The translations under genes were made by a program, and so were the position numbers. DNA of 62,689 bases, counting the filler, from Diploschistes diacapsis (lineage: Eukaryota), in the NCBI GenBank assembly GCA_023645945.1. It is 14 parts of 14 records of this genome, joined end to end, with 100 filler letters (N's around TTAATTAATTAA, not from the genome) between each part and the next. Parts side by side here need not be neighbours in the genome. Positions count along the whole stretch, not along the records: positions 36,212 to 57,904 come from JALAIB010000299.1; 13 more parts are not named here. The stretch is one strand, 5' to 3'. Shown one piece after another: positions 36,757 to 50,516 of the stretch. Under the pieces are notes generated by a model, which saw nothing but the letters and a program-made list of their open reading frames with translations, ran no database searches and was not told the DNA's origin. Position 1 is the stretch's first letter. Each line of letters opens with the position of its first letter.

Positions 36757-39700
36757 TTACCACGTGACCCCCTTATGTCCTGGAATTCTCGGCGACCTAA
36801 GCAGCCCCTTCGTGCCCGGCCCATCCCTCGGATTCGCATTCATGCCGTCTCCGTAATCACCCCCTAGATCGCTCGGCCAGCGCGACAGCTTCTCCATCGG
36901 CGAGTCGTGCTGACCTCCGTTGATCATCGTCACGTCGTGCGTGCCGTCAACCTGTTGCTCGCTAGTAGCGGCGGCGACGCTCTCGTCAACATCACGACAC
37001 ACGGCATCCGTAAGCTCCTTCTCCATGCCCTCGCGCACGTACACGAGAAAGGAGGATGTGGCGGGCCGGGCGGAGTCTTCAGTCTCGAAAATCTCTTTGG
37101 TGTCCTTGACTTCCGTCACGTAGCCGTCGTTGTACTTGCGCCAGGTGCCGCGCGCGAAGTCGAAGATATAGATCCAGTAGTGGCCCGAGGTGACCATCCC
37201 ACGGTGCATGATAACGGAGTGTAGGTTGTAAGGTAAAGAGCGGAGATCGGTGAATTGGGAGGAAATGTTGGCGGTGGTGGTCTTTATGCGGGCTTCGAGT
37301 TCTTGGTGTAATGAATCAGCATAGGCTTGGAGAAAGGGAAACACAGTCCATACCTTTCATCTCATATCTGGTCTTCTCGGCCGAATCTGCTATCAAGTTT
37401 GGCAGATTAGGGTCAACCTCGATGGCCTCGGGATTTTCTTTGTCCTCTAGCAGCTTGTTAAGGTAGGTTACAGTGGCGTCCAGGGCCTCGGGCATACTTA
37501 TGCCAACCTACGTGACAGTAAGCTATTATAGTTCCTGGACAGATATAAAAACTCTACCTCTGTCGTGCTTAGATAGTTCATGCGCTTGTGCAACGAAGAC
37601 AGCTCCTTTTTCCAAGCCCACGACTCGGTGCGTCTCCTCTGCAGCTCTGGGCTGTCGGTGTCCATATATCTGTCCATAAAGATGGTTTTTTTGAAACCTA
37701 AATGATGGTTTGCCTTGAATTGGCCTTTTTCCTTGTCGAATTGGGCTCTGGACACGTGCAATTGTAGAATCGGCGGTAAGACAGAGATTGAAGTGTACTG
37801 TGGTTCCTTCGAGTCGCCAACCTCCACTTGCTGTAGATCGAAGGCTGCATCCAAGGCCTCGTAGATGTCACAGGGCCCAGACGAGACCTGAATCTTGATG
37901 TCGGAGAAGAACTCTTCCTTCGTTCTTGCTTTTCCGTCCTTTGCTGTGGTAGTAATCTTCTGCTTGCCGAAGAAGAGCTTCTTTATCTTATCAATTTGCT
38001 CACCCGACTCGTCGATCGACTCTGGGTTGATAGCGCATTGCAGCTGAAAGAGAACGTTCGAAATTGCCTCGGTCACGTCTTGTTGTGCTCCCAGCTCGAC
38101 CTCCTTCTTCATCTCCTCTTTTCTGTCTGCGACTGTGGTTCTTGGTGGCACTGGTGGAGGATTTCGAGATGGTGGAGCGGGTATGGTTTCCAAAGTCTTG
38201 TCACTCGGGGACAGAATTACTTCAGCCTTTGCCGTGTCCTTCTTGGGACTAGACGACCCCTTTTGTTCGTTGATGCGAGAAGGGGAAGAACTGGCCAATG
38301 GCTTCAGTACGCCCTCTGGAGTCCTTGGCCGGGTCAGTTCACTCTTCGAAGGTGCCATGTTCTCCTTGTTCTCTAACGCGTTTGCTTGTTCCTGTACCTC
38401 TTGCTGATCTACATCCATGGGCGATGACCTCCCAACGAGAGTACATTCGCTTGACATCTCCTCTTCGCCCATCAAAGTCCCTGGACTCTGAACGGCTTGG
38501 TTGCCATCACCCACCACGGAAGTACTTTCACGCTCGCGCGCGGCGTCTTCTGTGATTCGGGCGGGCTGTGGGCCATGTACTTGTTTGCCCTGAATTTCTC
38601 CAATGGACGGTCTCTCGCTCTTCAGGGTAGACCTTCGCCTCATTGTTTCTTCCACAGACGAGCTGAGCAAAGTGAGACGTGCGAGCTCTATTTCTGGTGT
38701 GATGGAGCTGTGCTTGGACGAGATCATGTTCTGGAACAACTTTCGGAGTTCCGAAACGAACTGCTGCGCTCGCTCGACCTCACGTTTAGATACTCGTCGT
38801 GATCCTACTTGCTTTCTTTCAAAAGCAGCCTTCTCGAAGTTCACCTTATAGTCATCAAAGTTAAGGACCAGGTCGCGGAGAGGTCGAACTGTGAAATAGA
38901 ACTGAAGCAGACTATTCAGATAGCATGTGTTGCCAATATTTTCCAATCCGACAGGCCACTCAGAGACTTTGTGCTCGGTGCTTGGCACGCCAGAATGAAC
39001 GACGTTCTTCAGATGCGCGGAATCACGATCCTTGGCGATAGCCGTGAGCGCCTTCTTCAGGTCTGCTTCTTGTGATGGCTGATCCTGGCAGGCAAGGTTG
39101 TATGCTGAGAGTATCAGATCATCGTCGATCGTTCGATCGGTGACATCGAGTCGAGCGTAAGCCTGTCCGACGTTCATCTCTGTTTCCGTAAGCTCTCCTG
39201 TCTTGAGGTAGGCCTCCATAGCCTCGCTGTTCCTTTGCTTCGCAATGAACTCCAAACATCGCCTCGCGAAGTCCATGTTGTCTGCATTTTCGTTGACCTA
39301 TCTCGCGATCGCTGGTTAGTGTTGCTTAATGGCTCAAAGAAATTGCACCAATATAGTGAGACCAATTTAACAAGAAGCGAATAGGCAGAAACCTTACCTT
39401 GACATTGTACATGCTTACAATGAAACTATCATCCATGCCATCGGTGGCGCCGAGCCATGATAAGGCCTGCTCGTAGTTTGTGACGGCTATGAAGCGATCA
39501 AATCAGTATCGTCTCTGATAAGGGATGAAAAAGGTAACTGACTATTGGATGCAAACTGTTCGATCTTCACGCTGTTACGGTGCTGTCCTATGACCGCCAG
39601 AGCTTTTCGTAAGTCGTCCTCCTGTCTTGGTGCGTCCGAGATTCTAGACCGAAAGGTTCCAATGATGTGTTCATCGTCCAGGTAAAGGCTGTTCATATCC

Positions 39701-41147
39701 AGGCCAAAAGCACCGTAAGCATCTCTGATGTCGCTCATACTGACTTTCCCTGTTGAAGCTTCAACCACGACTTTGATGTTCAGCTCTTCGCTCATGCGGC
39801 CCCTTGCAATTCCTTGTATACACTCTAGATAATACGAAAGATTATTTGGATCGCATACACATTGCCTGTTATAAGCAAATTCGATCAAAGAATCATGAAA
39901 GTCGAGCACGGCTCCTAACCCAGCATAAAAACTGTTTGTGTTAGTTAATAGCCAGGTTGGTGTCAGCGTGGATAGCAAACTAACGGGTGTTCGTCGTCGT
40001 CAGGCTGAGCGTCCGTTCGCGAGGCGACGCTTTGGTTGTCTGTAACAACGGATAAGCACATACCTGGTTAGCGGTTGCACTCTTACATTTTTCGCAGCCA
40101 AGCAGCTTTTGCAAGTCTCCATCCGCAGGTTGAAAACTGACAAATGCCTTCAAATGACGCTTCTCCTCTTCGGGCTGATTGTACATTAAAACTTGAAGCT
40201 CGCTTTCGACGTCATCTAATAGTAGCTTCAAATCTGTCGTGAAAGGCGCATTGTCGGCAACATCAGGCCTAGGCGGGTTCCAACCGCTGTCCTGGAAACC
40301 AGTTAAAGAAAGCACTATAACCCAAAAGGAAGCAGCAGTACATCTTGAGCAAAACCGAGATACGACAACAATTCAGCACATTGATCTCCAAACGAAAGCA
40401 TAAATTTCTTATTGGATTTTTGGATATGCTTGAACTCGCCCTTCATTGCGGTATCAATATACGATCTCAGGTGCGTCAAGATAGTCAACGGTGACGGCAC
40501 GGCATGACCTTCGAAACGTTCCGGATCTGACGCCATCACCCCTTGGACACGATCTGCAATGAGCTTTTGGTCCAATAACATGTCTGTGAAGCGCTTGTTC
40601 AACCTTGGCGATTTCGTACGAACTGCGAGACGGGCAGAGCAGGCTTGAGCCGAACATTGAAACAAGCGCATATCTTCCCAGGAGTCAAGTCCTTTACTAG
40701 TTCGTTGGAACTCATGCGAACGCTTAGGAATGTACCGGAAGTGATGCAACGGACTTTCAACCGTTGGGCAAGGTTTGACTCCATTCCCCTCTCCGCGAGA
40801 ATCTATTTCAAGGCTGACATGAGTACGGCACCCAGTACAAAGAGCTGCCGCAAAGGCAAGACCAGGTTCAGAGGAATCTACAAGTTGTTGTGAGCATGCA
40901 TTTGGCTTCAAAGCCCACTGATGCCGGCAGGAGCCTTTAGCAACAGTTCTCGGTTGGATTGTCTTGTCATCATATGGAAAAGCCAGCTCTGCGAGTACAT
41001 TGTACGAGTTGGTAGGTAGCCGATCTGGGTTGTAAAGGCGCAGATCTTGCAGAAGTCGAGGCGACGTTTTGCCTGACGATAGATCAGCATTGCTGCTTGC
41101 AACTGAGATGTATATACTTAGCACTCACCGCCTTTCAAGGTAGACAT
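36757..41147 (-). CDS. UBP2: Ubiquitin carboxyl-terminal hydrolase Ubp2-like (peptidase C19), about 9 exons
   Basis: ATG 41147 MSTLKG|GKTSPRLLQD; Cys box GLENIGNTCYLNSLLQ; QQDVTE; His box YNLHSVIMHRG...GHYWIYIFD...WRKYND; repeated A-Y/L-x-x-L/F-G/D helical units. GT-AG introns join the ORF-track pieces. Confidence 0.93.
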
Positions 41148-41794
41148 CCTTGTTCTAAAAGGGAATGTCGAGATTATCTACTGCAAAGCATTCCGCCAAC
41201 AGCGACGCAAGGACCACGTCTTTGGCACCACGAAGTCAGTGTTGAGACGAAACTTCTGTACTGTTCTTGAGCCGCAGTAGACTGAATCACGGCGCGTTTC
41301 CTTAGTAGATAAGGATGAAAGGGGTCGCAGACAGGAACATGGGCGACTGTCACAAGAGCGAAGGAGCTAGCAACATACAACAAGTTTGCTATGTTACTTA
41401 CAGCTTCATCTCACGATGAATAAATGAATGCCATCTATTCTGGGATTGAGCAGAGACACACAGTATTGATTGACAATGCCAATCATAAAGTTCGCGTAGA
41501 ATATCACATGATGCTTTTGATGCTGTATTAAGCTGTTACTTCTTTTTTGTCTGCCTTGTCGCGATGCTAATTGGCTGCAGCTTTTAGGCCTGCTCGGCAA
41601 AGCTCCCGCAGTTTGCGCGAGACACTGCCTTCAGCCCTGTGGAACTTGAGCTTCTTCAGCCCATACAAGTATCTAGACGAGCCTTTTGAAACTGTGCCGG
41701 TCATTATTCGTTATTCTATGCAGCTTGCTCCCACAATCCGAATGACACACCAGCGTCTACTCCGGCTTTCGTGAAGCTCCACTAGCTGGGCAAG

Positions 41795-42521
41795 ATGGCA
41801 ACCGAGGAGAGGACGTACCATCCCAAAGATGCCGTTTCTGCGGCGGTGCAGGCGAGCTTGATCACCGGACTAGCAGGTCTATCCATGTCGGCGGTACGAA
41901 GCTCACTCTCGCGTGAAAATCTTGGAATGCTGGGGGTTTTCACGAAGACAGGAGGCACAACCGCAATTTTCGGTATTTCTTCGACAGTTGTGGATGATCT
42001 TGAGCTCATTGTTTCCTAGCCATCATGGGCGGCGCATTCTCGTTTTCGAAAAATGCTTCAGCCAATCTCCGAGAGGTGGACGACACATATAACACAGCCA
42101 TCGGTGGCTTTGTGGGTGGTGCGGTAATGGGACTACGAGGTGCCTGGGTCATGGTGTCTTGATATACTATGAAACTTATACAGATTTCAGGAAGGACAAT
42201 GCCCGCCGTTGTCGGGTACGGTGCCTTGTTCTCAATCATTCTAAGTGCATATGAATATACGGGCGGATCCCTCTTTGGCAGTAAGAAGGATCCTGTGGGA
42301 GACGAGTTTGAGAGGAAAGAGCAGCTCCGGAGAAACAAGCGGCGGCCTATCCAGGAGACGATCGACGAGCTGGGTGAAGGACGTGGTGCGTACTGACATT
42401 CGATCAAATGACTCCGTTGCTAAATCATACCCTAGGTATATATGGCCCGGGATACGAGGAGCGGCGAAGAGAACGAATCAAACAAGCCTATGGTATTGAC
42501 GTAGGCACCAAAGAGGCATGA
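41795..42521 (+). CDS. NDUFA11: Complex I accessory subunit NDUFA11 / 21.3-kDa (Tim17 family), 4 exons
   Basis: YHPKDAV...GVFTKTGG...ASANLREVDDTYNTAIGGFVGGAVMGLR...RRPIQETIDELGEGRGIYGPGYEERRRERIKQAYGID. Confidence 0.92.
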
Positions 42522-42942
42522 AGTATTATAGATCTGACGAGCATCAAAAGTCGGATGCTCTGTACATTATCTGCAGATCGAGGCGATGAAAGATTACAAG
42601 CTCATAAATCGAGAGCATTGACGTTAACTATATCACAATCCTGTGCAATAATCCTTGGCATCCACAACACCTACTCTGCTGATGATCCCCTTCCTGATGC
42701 AGCTCCGCCACTATTGCCCAGTCCCAAATCTCATTTTGCAACTCTTCTGCGAACAACCCCTCTTAGTTGCGTTGCGAGTATTGGTCTGACTGTCTTTCTC
42801 TTACTGGGTTATTACCTCTAAAACAGCCTAAGCAGCACTCGCTGAGTGAAAGATCAGGCAGACCTCATGAGTGGAGAGACGGATCCTTACAACATAAAAT
42901 CATCATTTGAAAATGGAATCCAATAGAGTATAGTCCATTACA

Positions 42943-43866
42943 CTAATGTGTTGAACAAGGTATTCGATCTCGGCTAAGACTCAGTGTTGCGAAATCGTCG
43001 CTTCCTTCGATACTAGCTGTGAGGATTTCCCCCCTTTCTAGGGTCAGCCTATCATACCAACATCCACCGCGTCCTTTTCCCAGAGCAGTTCGTCCGAACA
43101 TTGGAGGCCGAGGCCAGGCTTCGACCTTTACTTCGTGCCAATTATGGTGTCGTTCTTGGAAGACGTCGTAGCGAAGTTTGCTGGAAAACACCTAGCCTTT
43201 ATTCACAACTTCCTCGACTGAAGAATGGTGAACCTCATTACTGCAATAGCTCTTCTCAGCAAAACTGAAGACCTTACGACGCACAAGCGTGTCCGGCTGC
43301 CCGACGCTGAACTCGCCAATCCGACTGTAGCAGGGTATAATGAGCCCCGAGCCATCTTCCCGGGCCTTATTGACGAATATATAGCTCTGCCTGGCTACTC
43401 ACAAACCGGAGACTTCCCAGCACATGTTTCCTGCTTCTGATCCTCCGACTCTAGTATTCTGCTTTATTAAGTTTTCGTGCTTGAAGATATCGATTCCCTG
43501 AGAAATCACTCAAGAGTGATATGCAAGTGTATGCCGAGCCACAATTATACCTGCTACAGCAGAATAGACAGTTGAATGGGGCAACTGGCAATTATGTCTT
43601 ACTTCCATTGTTCCTCTTCAAGACACCCTTTGTCATCATAAGCAATGTTGTATTTCAGCAAAGACGGACCCTGCGCATTCAAGCCAGCGAGAAGTAATGT
43701 TCTTGGGCCGAGACATTTTCCCGAGCGTGACGCTTGCCTCAGGCTCCAGCAGGAAATCATTAGTAACGCCGCTAAGGGCAACTTTTCGGTTGATATAAGA
43801 TAGATCAAAATACAACCTAGCTTTGAGAAAATTCATAGTTGTGTAGAAACGTCCTATGGGTAGCAA
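42943..43866 (-). pseudogene. Possible decayed gene of unknown family
   Basis: ORF-track pieces 43636-43866 and 42943-43191 share one frame, with protein-like text between them (QGIDIFKHENL...YCSNEVHHSSVEEVVNKG*VFSSKLRYDVF) broken by isolated stops, plus one intron-like segment. No family recognised. Confidence 0.3.
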
Positions 43867-44181
43867 AAAGGTACTACCAGTGGCATTCGTTCTTCATAGA
43901 GCCACACTGAACCAGATCCACGGGATGCTAAACTTTTGGGTCAAATGTGGGGAAATAGTTCGATCATTGCTGGTCCTTAATACACTTCTTGGCCAGTCGT
44001 AAACATATCCATAGTTTCTAGTTAGTTAGTTTATATCCTTCTTTGCATCTTTGCGGGGCACCGTGACCCCGCCATCAGTGATTGCCTAATTAGGATAGCC
44101 ATATCCACGACACTTTAATAGGTAGCATTCAACCTGCAAACTTGTTTTTTGTAATAAACAAAACCACCAGCTTAGCAAGTC

Positions 44182-45530
44182 ATGTCAAGTTCAGCATCCA
44201 CGGTTCCGCCCACGCTGGGGCCGAAGGAACAGTTCTTTCGCTACTTCCAGCTGGAAGCTACAGGTGCAACCAGCTAGCTTCTCTGTATTGCCTATTCAAG
44301 CTAACATATCAAAGCCCTTCAAGACCAGATGTCTAGGCTAGGGGACTTGTCTCATGTTGGAGGCGAAAGGATCGATGCAATAGAGCATTGTCTAGCCGGA
44401 ATCTCCCGCCTCCAGAAAGAAGTCCAGGATGCGTCGTCCTATATACCGAGCTACGACCAGAGGATCTACTCGGAGGAAGGTGCACACTTTCATAAACTGT
44501 TGGTCCTCTCTAACTTTATGTAGGGGATCAAAGCGCTCCATCAGAAACTGGACAGTACACGGAAAGCTCTTGCGCCAAAGTCCAAGTTTGCATTTAAGTC
44601 AACATTGAAGAAAAACGGTTCGGCCATCTCGTTGAGCGATGCTGCTGAGCTAGCAATGCAGCAACGCGCCAAGCTCTTCAAGAACCCGAAAGACGCTTCC
44701 TCCGCGGAGTCCTCATCTGTAACTACCCCAATCAAACCCACAACGCCGCCAAATGAAAGCGCAAGCGGGTCCCAAGATCGAGAGAGAATGGGAAGCCTTG
44801 GAAGCTTTCTCAAAGCAGCTGGCGTCAATAATCAAAAGGTCCGACCCGGAAACGGGTCTAGTTCTCGCGTGCGAACAATGTCGTTCGCAGCTTCGAAATC
44901 CGTGGAAATCTCCTCACATTCCGCTGTTCACATCATCCTCCCTTCCTCTGCAGCACATGCTACCTCTTCTGGATCTCTAACGAACCTACGCGGCTGCATA
45001 GTCGACATGTCAATGCCCACAGCCACGGGTCGCCCTTTTGCTGGCCTCGCCATTCAGAACGTCAACCAAAGCCTCCTAGTCTGTGGTAATGTGAGCGGCG
45101 CGGCGCACATCACTGGGGTCAACCAGAGCGTTATCGTCGTATCGGCAAGGCAATTCAGAATGCACGAGTGCAGTGATTGCGTTGTGTACCTACAAAATAG
45201 TAGTAAGCCAATCATCGAGGACTGCCATGGGATACAGTTTGCACCGTTACCCCAGACTTTCGTAAGCCTTGTTTCCAGTTTGCTTCATCGGCCAATCTAA
45301 TAAGCACTCAGGCCAAGGAAACCGGCGAAACAGCCGCCCCAAACCAATGGGATCAAGTCGAGGATTTCAATTGGCTCAGATCGGAGCATAGTCCGAACTG
45401 GAGTATTCTGGACCCCAAAGATAGGACTCTAGACGACACGTGGAAAGATGTTAGCGCCAGCCCACCAACAAGATCTTTGGAGGGTATCCTGGAGGTCGTT
45501 GGGGTTGCTAAGCTTGGACAAAATTGCTAA
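44182..45530 (+). CDS. TBCC: Tubulin-binding cofactor C (TBCC/Cin2), 4 exons
   Basis: KEQFFRYFQ...DASSYIPSYDQRIYSE|GIKAL...PKSKFAFK...ARQFRMHEC...SKPIIEDCHGIQFAP...NQWDQVEDFNWLRSEHSPNW. Introns 44264-44314, about 44476-44523 (non-canonical, see findings) and 45262-45311. Confidence 0.92.
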
Positions 45531-45778
45531 AGTCTGCAACAGCAAAGATTTGATAGGTACCTTGCAGAAGGATGAATGGATGGTGAGCACGAGGATGCGA
45601 GCACTGTATAAATGTTTTACACCATGTACAGACTTGTTTTGATGCGCAGAGCTCTGTTTGACACGCACACAAGATAGGTGGTGTGTTTAATCGTATGTAC
45701 AAGTAGCTCCGCCAAGCCAACGCCCAAGCTCAGAAGAATGCGTCCTGTGATATCGGAGGCTGGATATCAGGTTATTAT

Positions 45779-46591
<813 letters not shown>

Positions 46592-46822
46592 ATCGAAGGG
46601 AAGGATGGATGTAGAATAGTGTGAAGGCGTGGGAGTGCTTTGTCGTTGTGATGTAAGTAGAGTCGATTCCTATTGGTTGGAAGCCTAGCGTCATTCAAAA
46701 TCGAACATCTGCGAAGCTTCAACTTTAACGTTCCGCAAAGTAATATCGGCTGCTTTGAACTTACTGCTCAACACTTGTTCCTTCCAGTAGCACTGCCTTT
46801 CCCCAGTTGCAGCTTCGCCAGA
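46592..46822. promoter_or_regulatory. 231-bp bidirectional intergenic region between NDUFS8 and mitochondrial ACP
   Basis: Head-to-head ATGs at 46591 (-) and 46823 (+). Both promoters and 5' UTRs must fit here or overlap the neighbouring gene. Confidence 0.7.
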
Positions 46823-47504
46823 ATGATGCGAACCGCTCTTTTACAGCCCATGAGGTGTGCTTCGAGAGTCACTCCGCGCATACAACCCCAGATCTCGAGG
46901 TCCACTGTGCCATGCTCTTACGCTGTCGTCACACGTCCTGTCTCTAGTGTTCACCCTCAAGGCATTAGATTCTATTCAGCACCTTCTGGTTTGTCCAAAG
47001 ATGAAGTTCAGGGCAGGATAATGGACATTCTCAAGAACTTTGACAAGGTATGGTATCCTTTTGGATATCCCAGATGCTTCCAGAACTCCGCGACTGACAG
47101 CTATAGGTGCAAGATGCTACCAAAGTATAGCACAATATGCCACTCTTACGTTCTCAATACTAAATCGGCTAGCTCTCGGACTCATCGCACTTCGCCAACG
47201 ACCTGGGTCTAGATAGTCTAGATACGGTGGAGGTAGTAATGGCCATTGAAGAGGTACTGCCAGCGTATCTGAGTTTCGGTAACGGACCCTGGCTAATATC
47301 GCTTGTAGGAATTCAGCATTGAGATACCCGACAAAGAAGCAGATGCCATCCACAGCAGTATGTTACAAGATATCACTGGTTGCTAGCTGTGCTTACCACT
47401 CTCCATAGTTGACAAAGCTGTTAACTACATCTTGTCGCAACCTGACGGTGAGTACGATCACTTGCGATGTTTTATGGGCTCTAACGCAAGATTCAGCGCA
47501 TTGA
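46823..47504 (+). CDS. ACP1: Mitochondrial acyl carrier protein (NDUFAB1), 6 exons including an 18-nt microexon (47107-47124)
   Basis: RIMDILKNFDK|VQDATK|LSDSSHFANDLGLDSLDTVEVVMAIEE|EFSIEIPDKEADAIHS|IDKAVNYILSQPD|AH*; DSL phosphopantetheine site. Confidence 0.96.
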
Positions 47505-48032
47505 ATATATACATCGGAGTTCGGAGAACTGCAGTGAGATAGGCGTGCGGAGATCTGGCAGCGAGAGTCGTTGTACATTACTGTGCTTGAGGCTATTCCC
47601 AGTCTCACTTTCCAGCTAACCATCGATGCATTGGTTGCATCTATCAGCATTTCTACTCCTGGTTGATGTTTTGTTTTCCAGGCTTTAAGTGCGGAAAAGC
47701 ATGCGCTTCCTTACTTTCCACAGTCTTTTTGGTCCTACACATAGAACCCGATCTGTGGCATCTTGCTTGTCAGCGAGGCTTCGAAGATTCTATCAAGAGC
47801 GTTGAAACAAGCCAAAGAAGTAGATCTCTTGAACAGCCCAGCCGCAGTCGCTCTTGCCGCCTTTTTATCACGGAGCAAAAGCCAAAGTCTAGGTCTACCA
47901 GCACATTGGTTCAATTGATTTATGTATTTCTTTCCGCGCGTCTCGCCCTCTCTCGATCTCAGTAGTTACCTAGAACTGGACCTCTTCCTATATTTCTTCA
48001 GCACTCCTTATTTATTACCCAACGCGCGTGAT

Positions 48033-49992
48033 ATGGCAACATCGAACAGTGCTAGTGCCGCATATGGGAGCTCATTGAAGCTTCCAACCTTATCTGAAAG
48101 GACCCAAAGGAAACTTATCCTTTGCTTTGATAGCGCCGGGGCCTCCTTCAAGGGTAATAGCTCGGACAGCAATATCGTCAAGCTATGCTGACCCAGAACA
48201 AAAGCTCTACTACCAACGTCAGTGCAAGGATAGCTGTTAAACCTTCTACAGGCCATTGAGCCACTAGTGTGCATTGCTAACAGGCATTAATAATATAGCT
48301 GGCATTGGGACCTATAAAGTAGACGGCTCGGAGCTTGTCCCTTCGTTCCGAAAGCAATGGAGGACCTCCATCTTTCAGACTGTTGATCAAGCATTCGCTA
48401 CAACCTTCAACTCCCATGTGCTCGCCGCTTATCGGTTTCTACCGAAAAACTATGAGTCCGGCGATCGCATCTATCTTTTCGGGTTTTCAAGAGGTGCTTT
48501 CACTGCTAGGTTTCTGGCAAGCATGGTTCAACAAGTTGGACTTTTGCCTAGAGGGAATGAGGAGTTAGTCCCCTTCGTATATAGAGTCTATCAAGGTACG
48601 CTGAGCCTTGAAGTATAAGTATATGCGATTTATCGCTAGGACGTGCTCGGATGTCTGGAAGTCTCTCGCTTACGTGAAAAGATTATGAAAAGGGGATGTC
48701 TGAGTCCCATCTTCGAAACTACATGGACAACTTCAAGTCAACATTTTGCCTACTGGACCAAGCAAATGCGAAGCCGGACGCGGACAAAGGAGATGTTGAA
48801 ATATATGTTCTTGGGCTCTTTGACACAGTGAATTCCGTTGGCATCTTCGACATTCCCTTCAAGAAACGACTTAGGATTCCTGAGGCCTATGGTACAGCGA
48901 AGCACATCCGCCATGCAGTTGCTATCGACGAGCGGAGGGTAAAGTTCAAGGCTGCCCTGCTTTCCCAAGCCACACAAGCAAAGGATGTTAAGCAGGTTGA
49001 GGATGTGAAGGAGGTGTTCTTCCCTGATAATCACTCAGACGTTGGAGGTGGCTGCCTGGTGCCGGGTCGCGAGGATGCCCTCAAGGCGGAATTGCCGTTA
49101 CGGGAGGCCAAAGGTGATTCGGCACTTTCAAAGCTATTCCGAAGACACGGTATGCCTAGCGTAGATCCAAGCAAGGACCCTTTGCAGCTTAGCGATATCC
49201 CTCTGAAGTGGATGATCGACGAGCTCGAGAAGCTTCCAGATGACAGTATTACATGGAACAAAGAGAAAGACAATTTTCTCCGAAATTTAGAGCGAATCCA
49301 ACCGAGGGCCTCCGTTCTGAGGTTCATGATAAACTGAAGTTTGGAGGCGATGCCGCATCATCTGCTTCTACTTTTTGGAATGTCTTAGGTTTGTTTCTCT
49401 CTTCAGAAAATTAATTGCGAACTGCTTGCTAATGGCTTTCTTGGGCCCAGAGTACCTACCATTGGCACGAAGATGGAAATACGTTGATGGCGAATGGATC
49501 GACCTCAGGTTTCCTCTCAGCCAAGGCGGCGCCCGAGACATCCCCCCCGGAGCCATTTTTCATTATTCCGTTGTGTCGCGTCTACGAGACAATCCAACTT
49601 ATAGGCCAGCTAACCATGTGTGGGCTCCTGGCTTCCGCGAGCCGGTAGCGCTCAGGGATATCTATCAACAGGCTGGCCCGGACCAGGGCCACAACAATGG
49701 GGTTTATCAGGCTTTCTTCGTACCTCACGAATTGCCTGATCGCATTAGGCTCCAGACGGAACAAGATACCACGTATAAGGTCCAGTCGTCGGCGGCACAT
49801 GGGAAGGGTAGGTATTCGGAAGCGGAGCTTCGTGGCACGGTGATGACCACGGACCCAGCTACGTATCGCAAACAGCACTTTGTTGGGCCGGCGGACGCGA
49901 TGCAGTTGCGGAAGATGGCAACGAGGACTTCGGCTGCAGTAGCTTTAGCTGGCGGCGTATCTGGGATGGTAGGAGCTGGCGTTGGTGCCTGA
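48033..49992 (+). pseudogene. DUF2235 (Tle1-like alpha/beta hydrolase) gene with at least two frameshifts
   Basis: KLILCFDSAG...DSNIVKL, frameshift near 48190, EQKLYYQ|PGIGTY; DRIYLFGFSRGAFTARFLA; LGLFDTVNSV; HIRHAVAIDERRVKF; EVFFPDNHSDVGGG; second frameshift near 49320 before VHDKLKFGG. Confidence 0.8.
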
Positions 49993-50516
49993 TGCACGTC
50001 GCTTCTCGTTATTTTAGACTCTAACACCCTAAGACACCGGATGTGGTCAACTCGGGATATCGTTCCGTAGTAGAGCTGTTTTTGTCGACGAAAATCCTCT
50101 ACGTATGACACAACCTTCTATTCTGTATACTATACTTTCGCCTACTATCTTGACAAGGTAAGACGGCACAAGGGTCCACCAAAGCTTGGCATAAACTTGG
50201 GTTGCACTTTGTCTGGCCGATCAACATGCTTGACAGGTTCACAAGTCCAGTCATTCATTTCTCAACCTCGTTGTAATCCACACTAGTCGCGAGAAGTCCT
50301 TCTCTGCATTGTCTTCCACCTCTGAAACAGGATATCTGCACCCTTCCAACCCCCTTCTCATAAGACCCGACATCCAAAAACGGCCCATACCTTAGCCTAG
50401 CCCGAGACAAATTAAACCCACTCCGGGGCCGATAATTTCCCACCGATAATTTCCCACAGAGAATAAACACCACCGCCGCCTTCTCACTGCAGGCCCTGCA
50501 TCGTTCCCAACCTCGA

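Noticed and set aside
16323..41147. UBC13 and UBP2 as a K63-ubiquitin gene cluster
   Set aside because: They are on different contigs; their proximity in the window is artificial.
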